A stretch of 64,000 nt of DNA from Takakia lepidozioides (Eukaryota > Plantae > Bryophyta). The stretch lies in assembly GCA_030704615.1 (NCBI GenBank), contig CM060734.1, forward strand, positions 32,674,001-32,738,000. The letters run 5' to 3'. A program made the position numbers and the translations under genes. Shown here in pieces: positions 38,216-50,142 of the stretch; the first letter of the stretch is position 1; the number at the start of each line of letters is the position of its first letter. A model generated the notes under the pieces. The model did not search any database and was not told where the DNA came from. It saw only the letters and a program-made list of their open reading frames with translations.

Positions 38216-40364
38216 TCGCAATTTTGGTATCCAGGTAGAAAACTCGCCCTTGAGACTAGCACAATTGAAATTCATTGAGACCAAAAAGGTGAAGAATCTC
38301 ACTCTATCACGCCCTAGTGCTCCATAGTGTTGCAATCCATTGCAGGAACCATCCTGCAGAATCAAGAAAGCCTTGACAATGAGCTATCTTTATTCCCTCC
38401 CAGAATAGTCTGGCTTAGGATGAGGATATCGTCGATACAACCCCTATTTCTCTGGAAGCCTGCCTGACCTTCACTGACTGTGAGAGAATGTACTCATAAG
38501 ACGTTGTTTGTCGTAGCCTTGTGGCCATTGACCCCGAGCCCAGTTTGAGCAGAAACCAAAGGGACAGAATCTACCTCTGTCAGGGGCTGACATTGGTAGT
38601 AAGACTTACCTTTATACATAGAATAGCCCAAATTTGTTCTAGCAAACACCCCAACCCTACTCATCACACACTAGTTCCGCTGCTGAATTGCTCCCAAGAC
38701 ATAATGTGCTGAAGAGAGAGAGGATGACAATTTCCAGCAAAGATTTGCAGTGCATCTTGTTGTCTGCTTCTCTCTGTAAGCTAACAGGCACTCACCCTTT
38801 TGCCTCAATTGTCCCACCATTGCCCATAGTACATTCGTTTCTGCTGAATTGCGCAACACAATTCCGAGCCTGGATCCGACGGCGCATTCATTCAATACAG
38901 CAAATGTACAACCTGGGAAATTCCATGGAACTCCTGGAGCTTATGAAGACACAATTCCGACCCCCATTTAATCCATGAAACACCGCACTTGAGCTTGAGC
39001 TCAAGAAGTCATTTTTGGTTTTTTCGGGCATTCCGGACAGATTCCAAAAAAATTGACGACGACGATGACGTATCTACGAAACGTGGCGACGATGACGTGG
39101 CACTATGGCACCCTATTTCTGCTCTACACTAAACTAGCTTCCGACCTTCAGTCGTCGTTAGAATTTATCCTAACATACAGGTTCGCAAGTGAGAGGGGAG
39201 CAGCGGGAGGTGGGGATTTGACAGCGCGCCTTGCCGGAACGTCACCGGTATGGCCATCCCCGGCGACCGTACTGGCAAGGCTCCCACGTGTGCATTCAAC
39301 TCGTCAGGTAAGCGTAGTCTTCTCCAATAACTTGTAAGGGCTTTTTGCCCCCCAAAAATATTTCATAATAAAATTAATCCGGGCTACAATCCCCCCGTCA
39401 TAATAATAAAACCAAATGAAAAATAAATCATATGATACTAATGTCCGATCCATCGGAAAACAAATATGAAACCATGACATTAAATGAAAATCCAAACAAT
39501 CTGAAATCCAAACCAATTGAAAATAAAAAAGATATCATAGAAACAACATTCATAATCCAAATCTGCTTGCCATCGTGTGAAAATGAGCCCCACAGTCATT
39601 ACACCGATCAAATGAATATGGAATAAAATCAATGTTTGTCTTTTCATAAAACTTGAATATACCAGTGTTGTACTGGTATCAGGTTTAGGACATACCAGTT
39701 GGGTATCTATAATGGTGGAAATGTTTTTCTTATATATATATATATATATATATTATATATTCAGAGAAAGGGGAACAGGGCCCTTTTAATCAAATTAAAA
39801 TAAAAAGTGTCAAAACAAGTAAACTAACCACCCCATCTAACCGTTATGAATATCTGCGGAAATCATTAGTTCCTCTTCCATCCAAAATTCGTTCGGGTAT
39901 AGACTCCTCTCATCCGAAAAAGTTCATTATTGGGTAATATCTTTTGGGATGTTTCAGAGGAATGTCAAGTATGTACAGTTGTACAACGGTGCAGGTGCCG
40001 TTAAATTTGAATGGAAATGGGCATCTCTTCTGGACTCTTTGACATGACAGCCAAATGGCGGCTCTGTCAGTCAACCTCTCAACCAATGCACTGTTGGGGC
40101 ACCTGTGAAATAACAATTGGATTCTTTCATTAGGGTTGACATTATGCACTCCGCAGTTGGGCACTCTGTCACCATCCGCTTGGTTCGCACAGGGACACAT
40201 TTCTTTGATGTGCCAACCCGCGTTAGGAGATCTGCAAGTAGGACCGATACCTGCAATTGTGTGTAAGGACGTCTTCTATGCAGCCAAAAACTTCGCTCTA
40301 ATACACTCTGCATTCAGAAGCACCATCGGACGGTGAACTCTGCGTTCAGAAGCAACATTGGCAG

Positions 40365-42304
40365 ATGGCCTCCCAGGCCATGGGCTCCCTTGACGCGGAC
40401 TTCTTCAGTGAGGATTACCCTGTGCCATTTTCTTACGAGGCTGGTTTTGTGGTGGTGCATGAACTCGTCCTCGCAACGCAGTTTCGGTTGGAAAATGGAA
40501 CTCTATTCCTTCAGAGGGAAGTGTACGATGCCAATGGAAAACTGCTCAAGTATGCGTTCCAGAAACCTTCGCATACTGCACCAACCACACAATGGAGAGT
40601 GTCTCCAGGCAGATACAGGGTGCTTAGTGCTCCTCTGAGACAGTCTGCAGGATCGTTCGTAACTCCTAGCACGGCAGCATCAGTGGCCCAGGAGAAAACA
40701 CCCGTGGTTGTCAAAAAGGAGACGAGTACCGTTAACACTGTAGTTGAGCTTTTCGACTCATCCTCCGATGACGCATGTGCACTACCGCCCGTGGATCAGC
40801 CATGTCCACATGAAGAAGCAGATGTGGAGGAGATCACTAGTGTCATTCCTAAACTGAAAGCCATGGGTGGGATGGCAGGATTCAAGAGTGAGTTGAGGGG
40901 ATAGACTGGAGCACTTTCAATATTCAGAGGGTGGCATTCTTGCCGGAATCTTTTGATGGTAATACTATTTTCGAGCTGCCTCCTCCTGGTCGCGTGGGGG
41001 GAATTTCCAGTCTCTTGGAAGGAATGGACAAAAAGCACGATGGGCACCCTTGGTGCCGCACAAAAACCTCCAATATTCACAACAACGACAACCTCATATT
41101 TAGGCGAACAGTCTGTAATGGGCACCTGAAATGCGAGAACATGAAATGCAGACACTTCGCATTGTCAGGTGTGCAAAACCAAAGCGAATGGGATGGTGTC
41201 AGTGAGAATCCATTCAAGCCTGGGGTGACACCACCATACAGTAACACTTTTGTGTGCAAGTTCTGTAGGGTACCACCTTGCTGCCTTGCTTTGTGTGGCG
41301 CCAAAATGTATTATGTGGTGCATCGATTCAAAACCCTGACTAGAGCCTGTGTCCATTTCGGTTTTCACAACCACCCTGTGTCCAAGGGGGATTATAGGGA
41401 GAGCGTTGACACAGTCTCGCGTCTGATAAGGCAAGAGTTGGATACCAATCCAACTGGAACCACATCTGCAATTGCCATGGGGGCGAGCAAGTACTTTCTG
41501 GAAAGCCGTATTCTGTGTGCATCAAATTCGGTTGGAGGAATACTGGAGGGACCAGCTTTGGACATTGTTATGGACCATTTCTCCACTTTGACTTCTCCAA
41601 ACATTAGGAATCAGGTGAACGCTTTAAGAATGGGCTCTGGGAGCCGAGGTTATATGGACAATATTATGGATTTGAAGAAAAGGAGCATGTACGACTACAT
41701 CCAAGATAGCGTTTTCCCGGGACAAGGAGCCAGGAAAGTGTTCTTGTTCAAAATGTCCACAAAAGGTGAGGGCAGCGGGGTCAGCTTGGTTAAACGTATG
41801 CAGAAGGGTGGCGATCTTGGCAGCTGCTTCCTTATGTTCGATCACGTCAAGAGGGTTAAAGACTGGACCACAATGGCATGTCATGTTTACGACCCTGTGT
41901 ATCAGCGGGTCATGACAATTGCAGTGTGGGACATGCAGTCAGAGGACACAGATTCACAGCAGCTCATGTGGGAAGCTCTCATTCGTGTTATGGCCTCCAA
42001 TGGTCTCCCATCTCCTAATTTTGTTGGTTTTATGGCCGATAGTGCTCAAGCTAACTTCAACGCTATCCGCATTGTGTTCGGGACAGGAGATCCAAAAGTG
42101 CCAATGCCATTGGACACAATCCCTGGACAAACACACAAAGACATACATCAAGCCAGATATGCAGAGTATGCATCGTCAACTGTGCAAACAGTACAAAGAC
42201 GCCAAAACTATGGGGGAAGCGAATACATTGTTCCAGACAATTCGTGCCTGGTGGTACTCATCTGGAGCGGCATCAAAGGACAGCATGAGGGCACTGGAAG
42301 ACTG
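40365..42304 (+). pseudogene. MULE-like DDE transposase, N-terminal part with a GCM-like zinc domain
   Basis: W...CNGHLKCENMKC, candidate catalytic Asp in LMFDHV and GFMADSA, and a CxHW remnant. Interrupted at ALED|WFAFW by element B copy 2. Confidence 0.72.
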
Positions 42305-42656
42305 TGTCAAGTTAAATAAGCACAGTGTGAAAACAGCTAGAATAAAACTAGTTATTTGTATTTAACACTTGGATTTAGGTCAAGTGTTAAATCAGGTGTC
42401 AAGTTTAGTTTGACACCTGGTCTGTCTTATCTTCACGAGAGCGGCAGTCGCGCGGCTCATCTCTCTCGAGTTGAGCCTGCGCGACCGAGCTCCTTCCTGC
42501 GTTTAGAAGCTGTGTGTGTTTATGATGGGAGTGTAGGTTGTTGTGGGGTGGAGTCCCCATAGCTTGGGGTGCCCCTGGCTCGACTTCTATTTCAAAGAGT
42601 GATGATTTTGGTTTCCATGTTTTGTGTCAACAGTGTGTTAAAGAGTCTTTCTATCA
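42305..42656 (+). repeat. 5' terminal A repeat (352 bp) of element B copy 2
   Basis: Appears identical by eye to 53623-53974; the ORF track gives identical 68-aa translations at 42356 and 53674. Confidence 0.95.
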
Positions 42657-42668
42657 CTCGAGAGAGAT
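42656..42668 (+). promoter_or_regulatory. Candidate self-priming primer-binding site
   Basis: ACTCGAGAGAGAT is the exact reverse complement of 42459-42471 inside A. It is conserved in copy 1, and there is no TGG-type tRNA PBS. Confidence 0.7.
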
Positions 42669-43549
42669 CACCTCTTACCTGTGAGTGCAAGGTAGGAGTT
42701 GAGGGTTAGCACTTGTATGATTACCTGTGTGAGAGTAGTGCTTAGTTTAAGAAGCTTTAAAATATATATATATATATATATATGCAGGTTTCGATCAGCG
42801 TTGGTTCTGGCATAAGGCCGCCGGGCAGGACGGAGCTACACTGCATGGAAGCAGCCTTCGTTTTGGTCAGTGAGGAGATATCATGGTGGAGCAGCAGGAT
42901 GATGCGCAAATGTAAGGAAAACTGTGTCTGTTGGTAGCTACTGACAACCGCAACTCTGTCCCTGGACTTCTTCTCCGGAGGTGGAAGCCTGTGTGCAGCG
43001 TGCATGCAAGAGTGTGGTTGTGACAGGGGAACAAGCGCTTGCGGTTGCATTACTACTGCAAGTTGGGCACTCGGTGCGTCGCTATAACTGCAATTGTACA
43101 GGAGCACTGTGAGAGGCAGATTGTTCTGCAGCCTTGCTATACCTGGTCAGTCCAATGGTGACACATCCATACCTTGTTAAAGCAATATGGACAGTTGTCG
43201 ATGAGGACGGCTCTATGAAGGACACTGCGAGCTAAGAAGGGCTCGGGTACAAAAGCACACACTGGAGCGTTTAAGCAAGTTAGGGCGGGAAAAAGAAAAA
43301 CAGGCCCAAATAGCCAAGCACATGAAGTAGTGAATGTTGATGGAAGAAACCTGTGACACTCCCATTTTGCTGGAGGAGATCGTTGATTAATTGATGTCCC
43401 CGGAGCTTCAGGACAGGCCCTACAATCGCTGGCTAACAAGACTGATTTACAAGCAAAACCTGCAGGGCAATCTGCCGAGAGCCTCATCTGCTTCTCGGAG
43501 GGGTTTCCGTAAGTTCCTTCTTTCCCAGGCCCTTGTGTCGACCTTCTCC

Positions 43550-43935
43550 ATGTTCCTTTGTCTCTCTCACCATCCTGCTGCCTCGGCAAGCTCGCAGTGG
43601 AGACCTGCTTGCGGGCTGTTTTCTGGATTTAGAGTGGGTTTGAAGTATAGAAAAGAACTTGGAGATTACAGTGGGCAGGTCGCAGCCGGTGCGTCCTTGA
43701 CGTGGAAGGCCACAACGGAGAGGAATGTGGTAGCCAGGGCTGCTGGAGATGCCCCAGAGTCAGAGGTCGAGATTGTTCCTGAGGTCACCATCCCAGCCAT
43801 AGTTTCCCCTCAAGTCAAAAAGCATAATTGTTAAAGAAGAAGGCTAAACGATTGGAGCTTCGAAGGAAGAGGCTGGTGCGCAAGCGCAAGTTAAGGAAGA
43901 AAGGCCAATGGCCTCCTTCCAAAATGGCCAAATCA
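43550..43935 (+). pseudogene. PSRP5: Captured plastid-specific ribosomal protein PSRP5 (cL37) coding sequence
   Basis: Transit-peptide-like N-terminus (..VVARAAG), then LKKKAKRLELRRKRLVRKRKLRKKGQWPPSKMAK. One frameshift; no intron visible. Confidence 0.82.
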
Positions 43936-44582
43936 AGAATGTATAGGGCCCAGGAGGGTTCAAGGATAAGAAGAAAAGAAAGTATCACGTCTGCGGGAGG
44001 TCCAACAGGTCCAAGGAGCACACGTACAACACCACAGTAGAACCACAGACATCAAAAAAAAAAAGGGCAGCTCAATTCTCAAACTTCACACACAACAGGT
44101 GTCGCAATCAACGGCCAAGCTCTTGTATGCTCTGCTGCTCTGCTCCTGTTGTGCTGAATGTTGGTGAAGTGAAGCTGTGGTTTCGATGTGGCAGATGTGT
44201 TGTGCAAGTTCCAGCAACCATCCACGAATCGTTCGATTGCAGGCCGCCTGTCCATAAGCCATGAGGGTGTTGCGCAGTGCATCTCTTGATCTGCTCTTGA
44301 AATCGCCCCTACCTGGACGAACTACCTGGATGTGTTGGGAACTCGTAGGTGACTTGGGAGCAGTTATAATGACAAAAGCGTTTTGGTGTTAAAAAAAAAA
44401 AAAAAAGCCTTTTTGATCTAATTTAAATGTTTAAAGAGCCTGGTTGGTCATATCTTTGTCAAATGGACTCCGTTTGACTCAGTTTTTGGGGGAATAGCTG
44501 CAGAAAGGGGAAATCTACCTATCTAGACCTGGTTTCTGTTTTTGGGACTCTGCTAAAAATCTATGGAATTTTTAGAGTGTGA

Positions 44583-45413
44583 GTGTGCCATGAAAGATCC
44601 ACAATCTTGTTTCTAGAACCTGTGCTGGTCTATATGAGAGACAAATCTGTGGATGTACTCCTTGTAGGCTGGGGGAAGGAGGACGAATTGAAGGGCAGGT
44701 CTCTTCTCTTAGCCTGTGCACCAAGGGGACAGGATCTATGTTTCCCCCAAGGCACTCAGACTGATTTGAGTGGAGAACAGTTGTGACGGTGTGATTGCAT
44801 ACTGGGAGTCAGGCCTTATCAGTAGACAACAGACTGCTTCAGTTGGCATTGAGGGCCTCATATCGCCTTGGGCCGTCAGAACTCTGTTGGAGCCAGCAGT
44901 TCTGCAGCTGTAGGTGAAATACCAAAGTGGGTGGAAGCAGGTATGGAACACAGCCCAAGACAGCCCCGGGGACCAAGGTGTTCAGCCACAAGGCCGTGGT
45001 GTACTGGAGCAGAGGAGCAGGATTCGACACAAGTTTTCTGCAATCAGACAGGTTTGCAACCGGATACGCCTGCACCAGGGCAACCACGATCTGGGGTTCA
45101 TCAGCAAACATGTTTGTTGTGCGTGAAGGGAGGCAGTCATTCGCAATGATGACCCCGCAACCGTCTCAAAGCTTTCGAGTTGAAGACTATCAGACCCTAC
45201 CCTTTGTTTTCTTTAGTGTTCAGTGAGCGGGAATAGCAGATGTTGCATTTGTCTCTACCTGGCAGAAAGAGGAGGAGGGTTGGTTAGAGCGAGCTACTGT
45301 AGCTTGGGACAAGGTTAGTGGCAGGTTTCTGGACATAGATATACCTCCTACCCCTTATACCATCATGCAGAGCGAGGCACTATTGAGAGAAGTCTGGCAG
45401 TTGAATAGCATAG
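44583..45413 (+). pseudogene. Extra unknown ORF of element B copy 2 (many indels)
   Basis: Homologous to 15639-16470 minus (QGTQTDLSGEQL, SSSAAVGEIPKWV, DYQTLP). Confidence 0.5.
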
Positions 45414-45938
45414 ATCAGGATTAGATCTTGCTTGGTCGGGCTTTCTATTCTTCCCTCCATCTCTTACTATTTTCATACCTTATACTTGTAGTTGCCAAAG
45501 CCTCTTGGTGGAGGCCAGTCAGTCCGGGGTTTGGGCTGGGATATTCTGCAGGATCACAAGCGTTGCTGCTGGATTTTGGGTGTGGGTGTGTTGATGTTTT
45601 GATTTTCTTGTGTGTTGGATCCCCCCCAACACCTGCATGCTTGACTGTGCGCCATGTTGGTTTTTGTGTGGGCGCTTGTGCTTTCATAGGGATTAGGCCG
45701 GATTTGATCACCGGTCAATCCTAGAGTATGCTGTCGGTGGTGAGGCTGGATGATGACCAGCAAGACCACCAGTGGTTTCTTCTATGGTGAGGCTGGTTTG
45801 ATGACCAGCCAACCATAGGAGTTCTTGCGGTGGATGCAGGTGCAGGTGCCCTGAGCCATTGGGATATGAACCCTTAGACTGCAACAGGTGCCCACCCGTG
45901 TCACTATTAGATTAGGTACTAGAGCCTTATAGTGTCAC

Positions 45939-48895
45939 GTGGAGGAGTGCACATTGTGAGTGTCATTACGGAGTTACCCAAGGGGTTTGGAGGGGAGTAC
46001 GGCCTACAGGCAGTAACAGTGAGAGTGGGTTCACAAGACGAGGTATTCGTTTCAGACCACCTTCACCGCCACCCTCAATTACTGTAGAGTCAGACACAGA
46101 CTCGGAGGCTTCACAACAGGTGTGGCAATTTCCATTCGCCCATTGTGTTGTGGGAAACATGGAGGAGATGTATGGAGCTACCAAGGGCCTCGTAGTACTC
46201 TGGAGCTGTGGGCACAATCGAGTTGGATGACTTTATCCAGGAGATTCGACACTGGTGTGATTTGCAGCAGGATGCCAATCCACATCTATTCACCCATTCA
46301 CCCCATTCATGGCGTGGAACGGGACTGTTCCAGCATTTGGAAGGCCGCCTATGGACGATTACCACGAGTTCAGGCGAGGACATGAAGCAGAGATTGAGGA
46401 GTGGAGTATGTATTGGTCACCTGACTACATCTCCATTACTCGAGGCACGACGCGACCAGTAGCTTGCCTCAGTACCAATAGCTCCCACTGCCAGCACTAG
46501 TAGTGGAGCAAGTAGTGCGTGGTACTTCTGCAGGTGTACCAGTTCAGAAGTGCTACTACTCTCCTCCCTGCCACAGACTACAACACATGTGCCTAGATTC
46601 AACCCGGTGGTGGAGTTCTTCCAGGAGTTGCGGAGAACTACCAAGGTGTACGGACAGAGAAGCTGCGAAGTTTGCAAGACTTCCAGCGCAAACCCAGTGA
46701 GAGCCTGCGAGAGGCGTACACTCGTATGAGGCGCTTGATAAGTGTGACCCAAGTTTACTGAAGCTCAGGCAATCCAGTTTTGGTATGGAATTCTGGACAA
46801 GGAGCTCAAGAGAAGGGTGCGAGATGCAACCCTGTTACAAGCAGCCCAACCCACATTTAGCAGATGTGTTTCTGCTGGCTGAGCGATTGAGCTCAACATG
46901 GTGGAGGAGCGAGTTGTTACAATTGGATTGGTAGGACATGCCTGTACTACGGTGCACAGTTGTCAGCCCACAAGCACAAGGACTGCCCAACAGCGTGGTC
47001 AGGGGGCAAGGTTGCCCAGCCCATGGAGCTTACACAGGGGACCTCAGGTGCAGAGGCCCGTGGCAATCTTTGCATGCCAACAGCAACCAGGGGGTGATTG
47101 TTGGACATGGCGGAGGACCCCATGTCAAGAGAGATTGCCCAGAGAGTGGCAGAAGGCCGGCACAAGCACAGCCTGCACAGTTGCAGTGTGGGCATTGTGG
47201 CAAGTATGGGCATGGAGATGCCCAGTGTTATGACTTGCATCCTGAGTTGCGCCCAGGCCAGTTTCCAAGGGAACAATGGTGGCCGGGGGCGAGGTGGACC
47301 AGCCCAAAGAGGACGAGGTGGTCGGGCACGAGGTGCAGGCCAAGGCAACCTCCACATGGCCAAGGACGCGGAGGTCAGGGTGTTGACCAAGGCATGGCCA
47401 ATCGGCTTCAGCAGCTAGAGCAGAGGCTCGCTGCCATGGCTATAGCTCAGGCGGTACCGGCTCCCAGGCGGGATGGCCCACCTCCTGCTCTGAGGGAGGA
47501 GATATGGGCGGAATGGGATTCATGTGCGGAGCAGCACTACCATTAGAGCAGGTGGAGTCTGCTGCAGCCGTGACTCGAGGAGCAACACGAGTTCCTGAGC
47601 CACGAGGTGCAGAGGTGGAGTTGGATCCACAACGTGGGAGGCAAGCCGTCAGGCAAGGCTGCCTCAGTCATTCACCTTGGCGGAGACAGTGTCAACGCCA
47701 TCCATGGCACCTAGTTCTCGCCCGACTGTTACCGAGGCGGAGGTTACTATGCCATTGGGGAGAGCTACCCGTGCAGCACTGACACCTACTACCAGGCTAG
47801 TGCAGCCGGTGTGTTATTGGGAGCAGCCACCTCTGTGTGTCAAGCCCCACTGTTCTCGGCAACCATGATTGCGACGCCGGGAGTGAGACCAGCTGCAGTG
47901 TTCAGACTAGCAGCAACACTCTGCGAGAGTGGAGAGGTCACTTCATCTTCTGCGGAGTTAGTAAAAGGTGTAGTGGCAGAGGGATCCTCGGATTTGAGGG
48001 TCAAGACTGCCACGGCAGCGCCCTGGCAAGCTGCAGCTGCCAGATTGACGGAGCTGCCAGCTAGGCCAGCCTTTGAGCGCGCCATGGTGACACCTGGAGT
48101 TGTCTTGTTAGACAACCAGGGAGGCATTTTCACTTTGAGTGGACCGGCAGGCAAGAAGTACCGGCCACTGCGGGTCTTGTTGGACTCAGGAGCTCAGCCA
48201 CTGATGTTGGGCAGAGCTGCTATTGCAGGTTTGGGCCTCATGGAGGCGGATATGGAGCCTTGTCCTTTCCAGATACAGACATCTCTGGGAGGATCAGAGC
48301 AGGCTCGCGGCATGACACGGCATCAGTTGGCTATTAGACTGCAGCCGGATCATCCTGTAGATGGCTCAGTGATGCGAGCCAAGGCCATTGTGACAGACGC
48401 GGTCTCTTACGATGTCCTCGTTGGTGGGGCAGTGTTATACCCCATGGGCTTCACCCTGGATTTCTGGGAGGAGTCAGCATCCTACAGGCCTGGATGGCAG
48501 TCAGGGGATGGTCGCCGTGCACAGCTCCCTGTGACATTCATTGGGGGTATTGCAGCTGCTCAGCGGGGCAAGATGCCAACACTAGCCGCCTTCACAGCTG
48601 CAGTCAGCTGGCCTGGAGAGTTGCTGGAAGGCAATGCCCATGCAGAGGATGTGCCACCTCCAGCAGAGCAGGATGACATGCATGGTACGGCGGAGTTGCC
48701 TGCCATGGTTGCTCACACTCCGTTGTGGGTACGAGCAAGGATTTGCAGCACGCTGCTGATGGACGGGTGCAACAAGCTTGGTTAGAAGCTTTTGTACCGT
48801 CAGGAGAGGAGGAGAGTGCGGTGATTGTACCAGGGCCACCTCAGTTGTCGCCATTGGACACCACACCTCTTGTGTGGCAGCGACCGGATGAAGGC
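45939..48895 (+). pseudogene. gag: Element B copy 2 gag and protease
   Basis: GTIELDDFIQE, HVKRDC and CGHCGKYGHGDAQC knuckles, and LLDSGA in ORF 47811..48785. Dense indels before 47800. Confidence 0.82.
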
Positions 48896-50142
48896 ATATG
48901 CCTTCTGGACTTATTTGGCGGGATCAGCACTGGATTGGCTGCAGTGCTGCAGGCAGGTGTACGAGTTCGACGTTACCTGTATGTGGAGAGGGATGAGACT
49001 GCACGACGCGTCTCACTGCGCCATGTTGCTCAGATGGTGCAGCAGCATCCTGAGTTGTTGCCGGTGTCTGCAGTTCGTGGATATCAGCAGCCTTGCCAGC
49101 AGACATTGCGTTGCTGGGGGCGCAGGATTTGGAGCGGGTTGGCTCCATTGATCTGGTAGTGGCAGGTTGGCCCTGCCAAGGGCATTCATCAGCCGGGCAT
49201 GGCAATGGATTGCGAGACTCGAGGACGGGTCTGTTTTGGGAGATGGTGCGGATTTTGCGCCACTTGCAGCTTCATCAGGCTGTATCTCCGGCATACATCT
49301 TGGAGAATGTGCCACTGATGGGTGATTCTCGGGCCAGGGTGATGGCCAGTGTGCATCAAGTCCGGTCGTGGCTTGGGTCAGCAGTATTGCTGGATGCAGC
49401 TGCAGTGGGGTCACGGGCTCATCGTCCACGACTATGGTGGACTAACTTGATGCCACCCGCACTGCTCAAGCGTGCATTTGATGGGGTGCAGCGGCCAGCA
49501 CACCTCACCGTGGATGGCATTTTGGACACAGGAAGGCAGTCTCAACGTGTGAGACACGATGACCGTTCGCCTTTGGCAGTGGTCAACAGAGTGGGTCAAC
49601 CACGAGCAGCATTACCTACACTGCTCAGCTTCCCAGGATCCCATGCTTTTCGGGATGGTGGACCTGGCCTCCTGTGGGATGCTCAGTTGCAGCAGTTAGT
49701 GGAGCCTAATGCCGACGAGCGAGAGCGGGCTATGGGGTTTTCCACTGGGACCACGGCGGTGCCTTCTCTTTCTGAGGCATCACGTCGTCAGGTGTTGGGG
49801 CAAGCAATGGATCTCAATTGCTTGACCTGGATTGTCAGCTTGGCTATGGCTGAGCAACGTAGAGTGCGGAGTGCACTTCCCTTGATGGTCTCTCTGCCTA
49901 CCGAGACGGTACAGGCAGCGAGTGGGGGCGAGCCGGTGAGGACCACGAGGTGTAGACATCCATGGCACATGTGGGAGGTGCTCGAGGTTCAGAGGGAGTT
50001 GGCAGCGAAGGCAGCTGTGATGGATGAGGTTGGGGATTCTTCTCGGGATGAGGAGGTTCTCAATGATGAGATGATGGGGCAGGATGAGGCCTTGTCATTG
50101 ACTGAGCAGGAAGGGGGTACTGCTCAAGAGGTTGCAGCATAG
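48896..50142 (+). CDS. DNMT3-like C5 cytosine methyltransferase domain (one apparent frameshift near 49090), ending at a UAG
   Basis: Motifs I (LFGGISTG), II (YVERD), IV (GWPCQG), VI (ENV), VIII (HRPR), IX and X (LGQAM) occur in canonical order in ORFs 48725..49159 and 49093..50142. Confidence 0.92.

Noticed and set aside
48896-50142. Host DNMT3/DRM gene or bacterial contamination
   Set aside because: The domain is intronless and continuous with the retroelement protease in both copies, inside TSD-bounded elements in plant PPR context.
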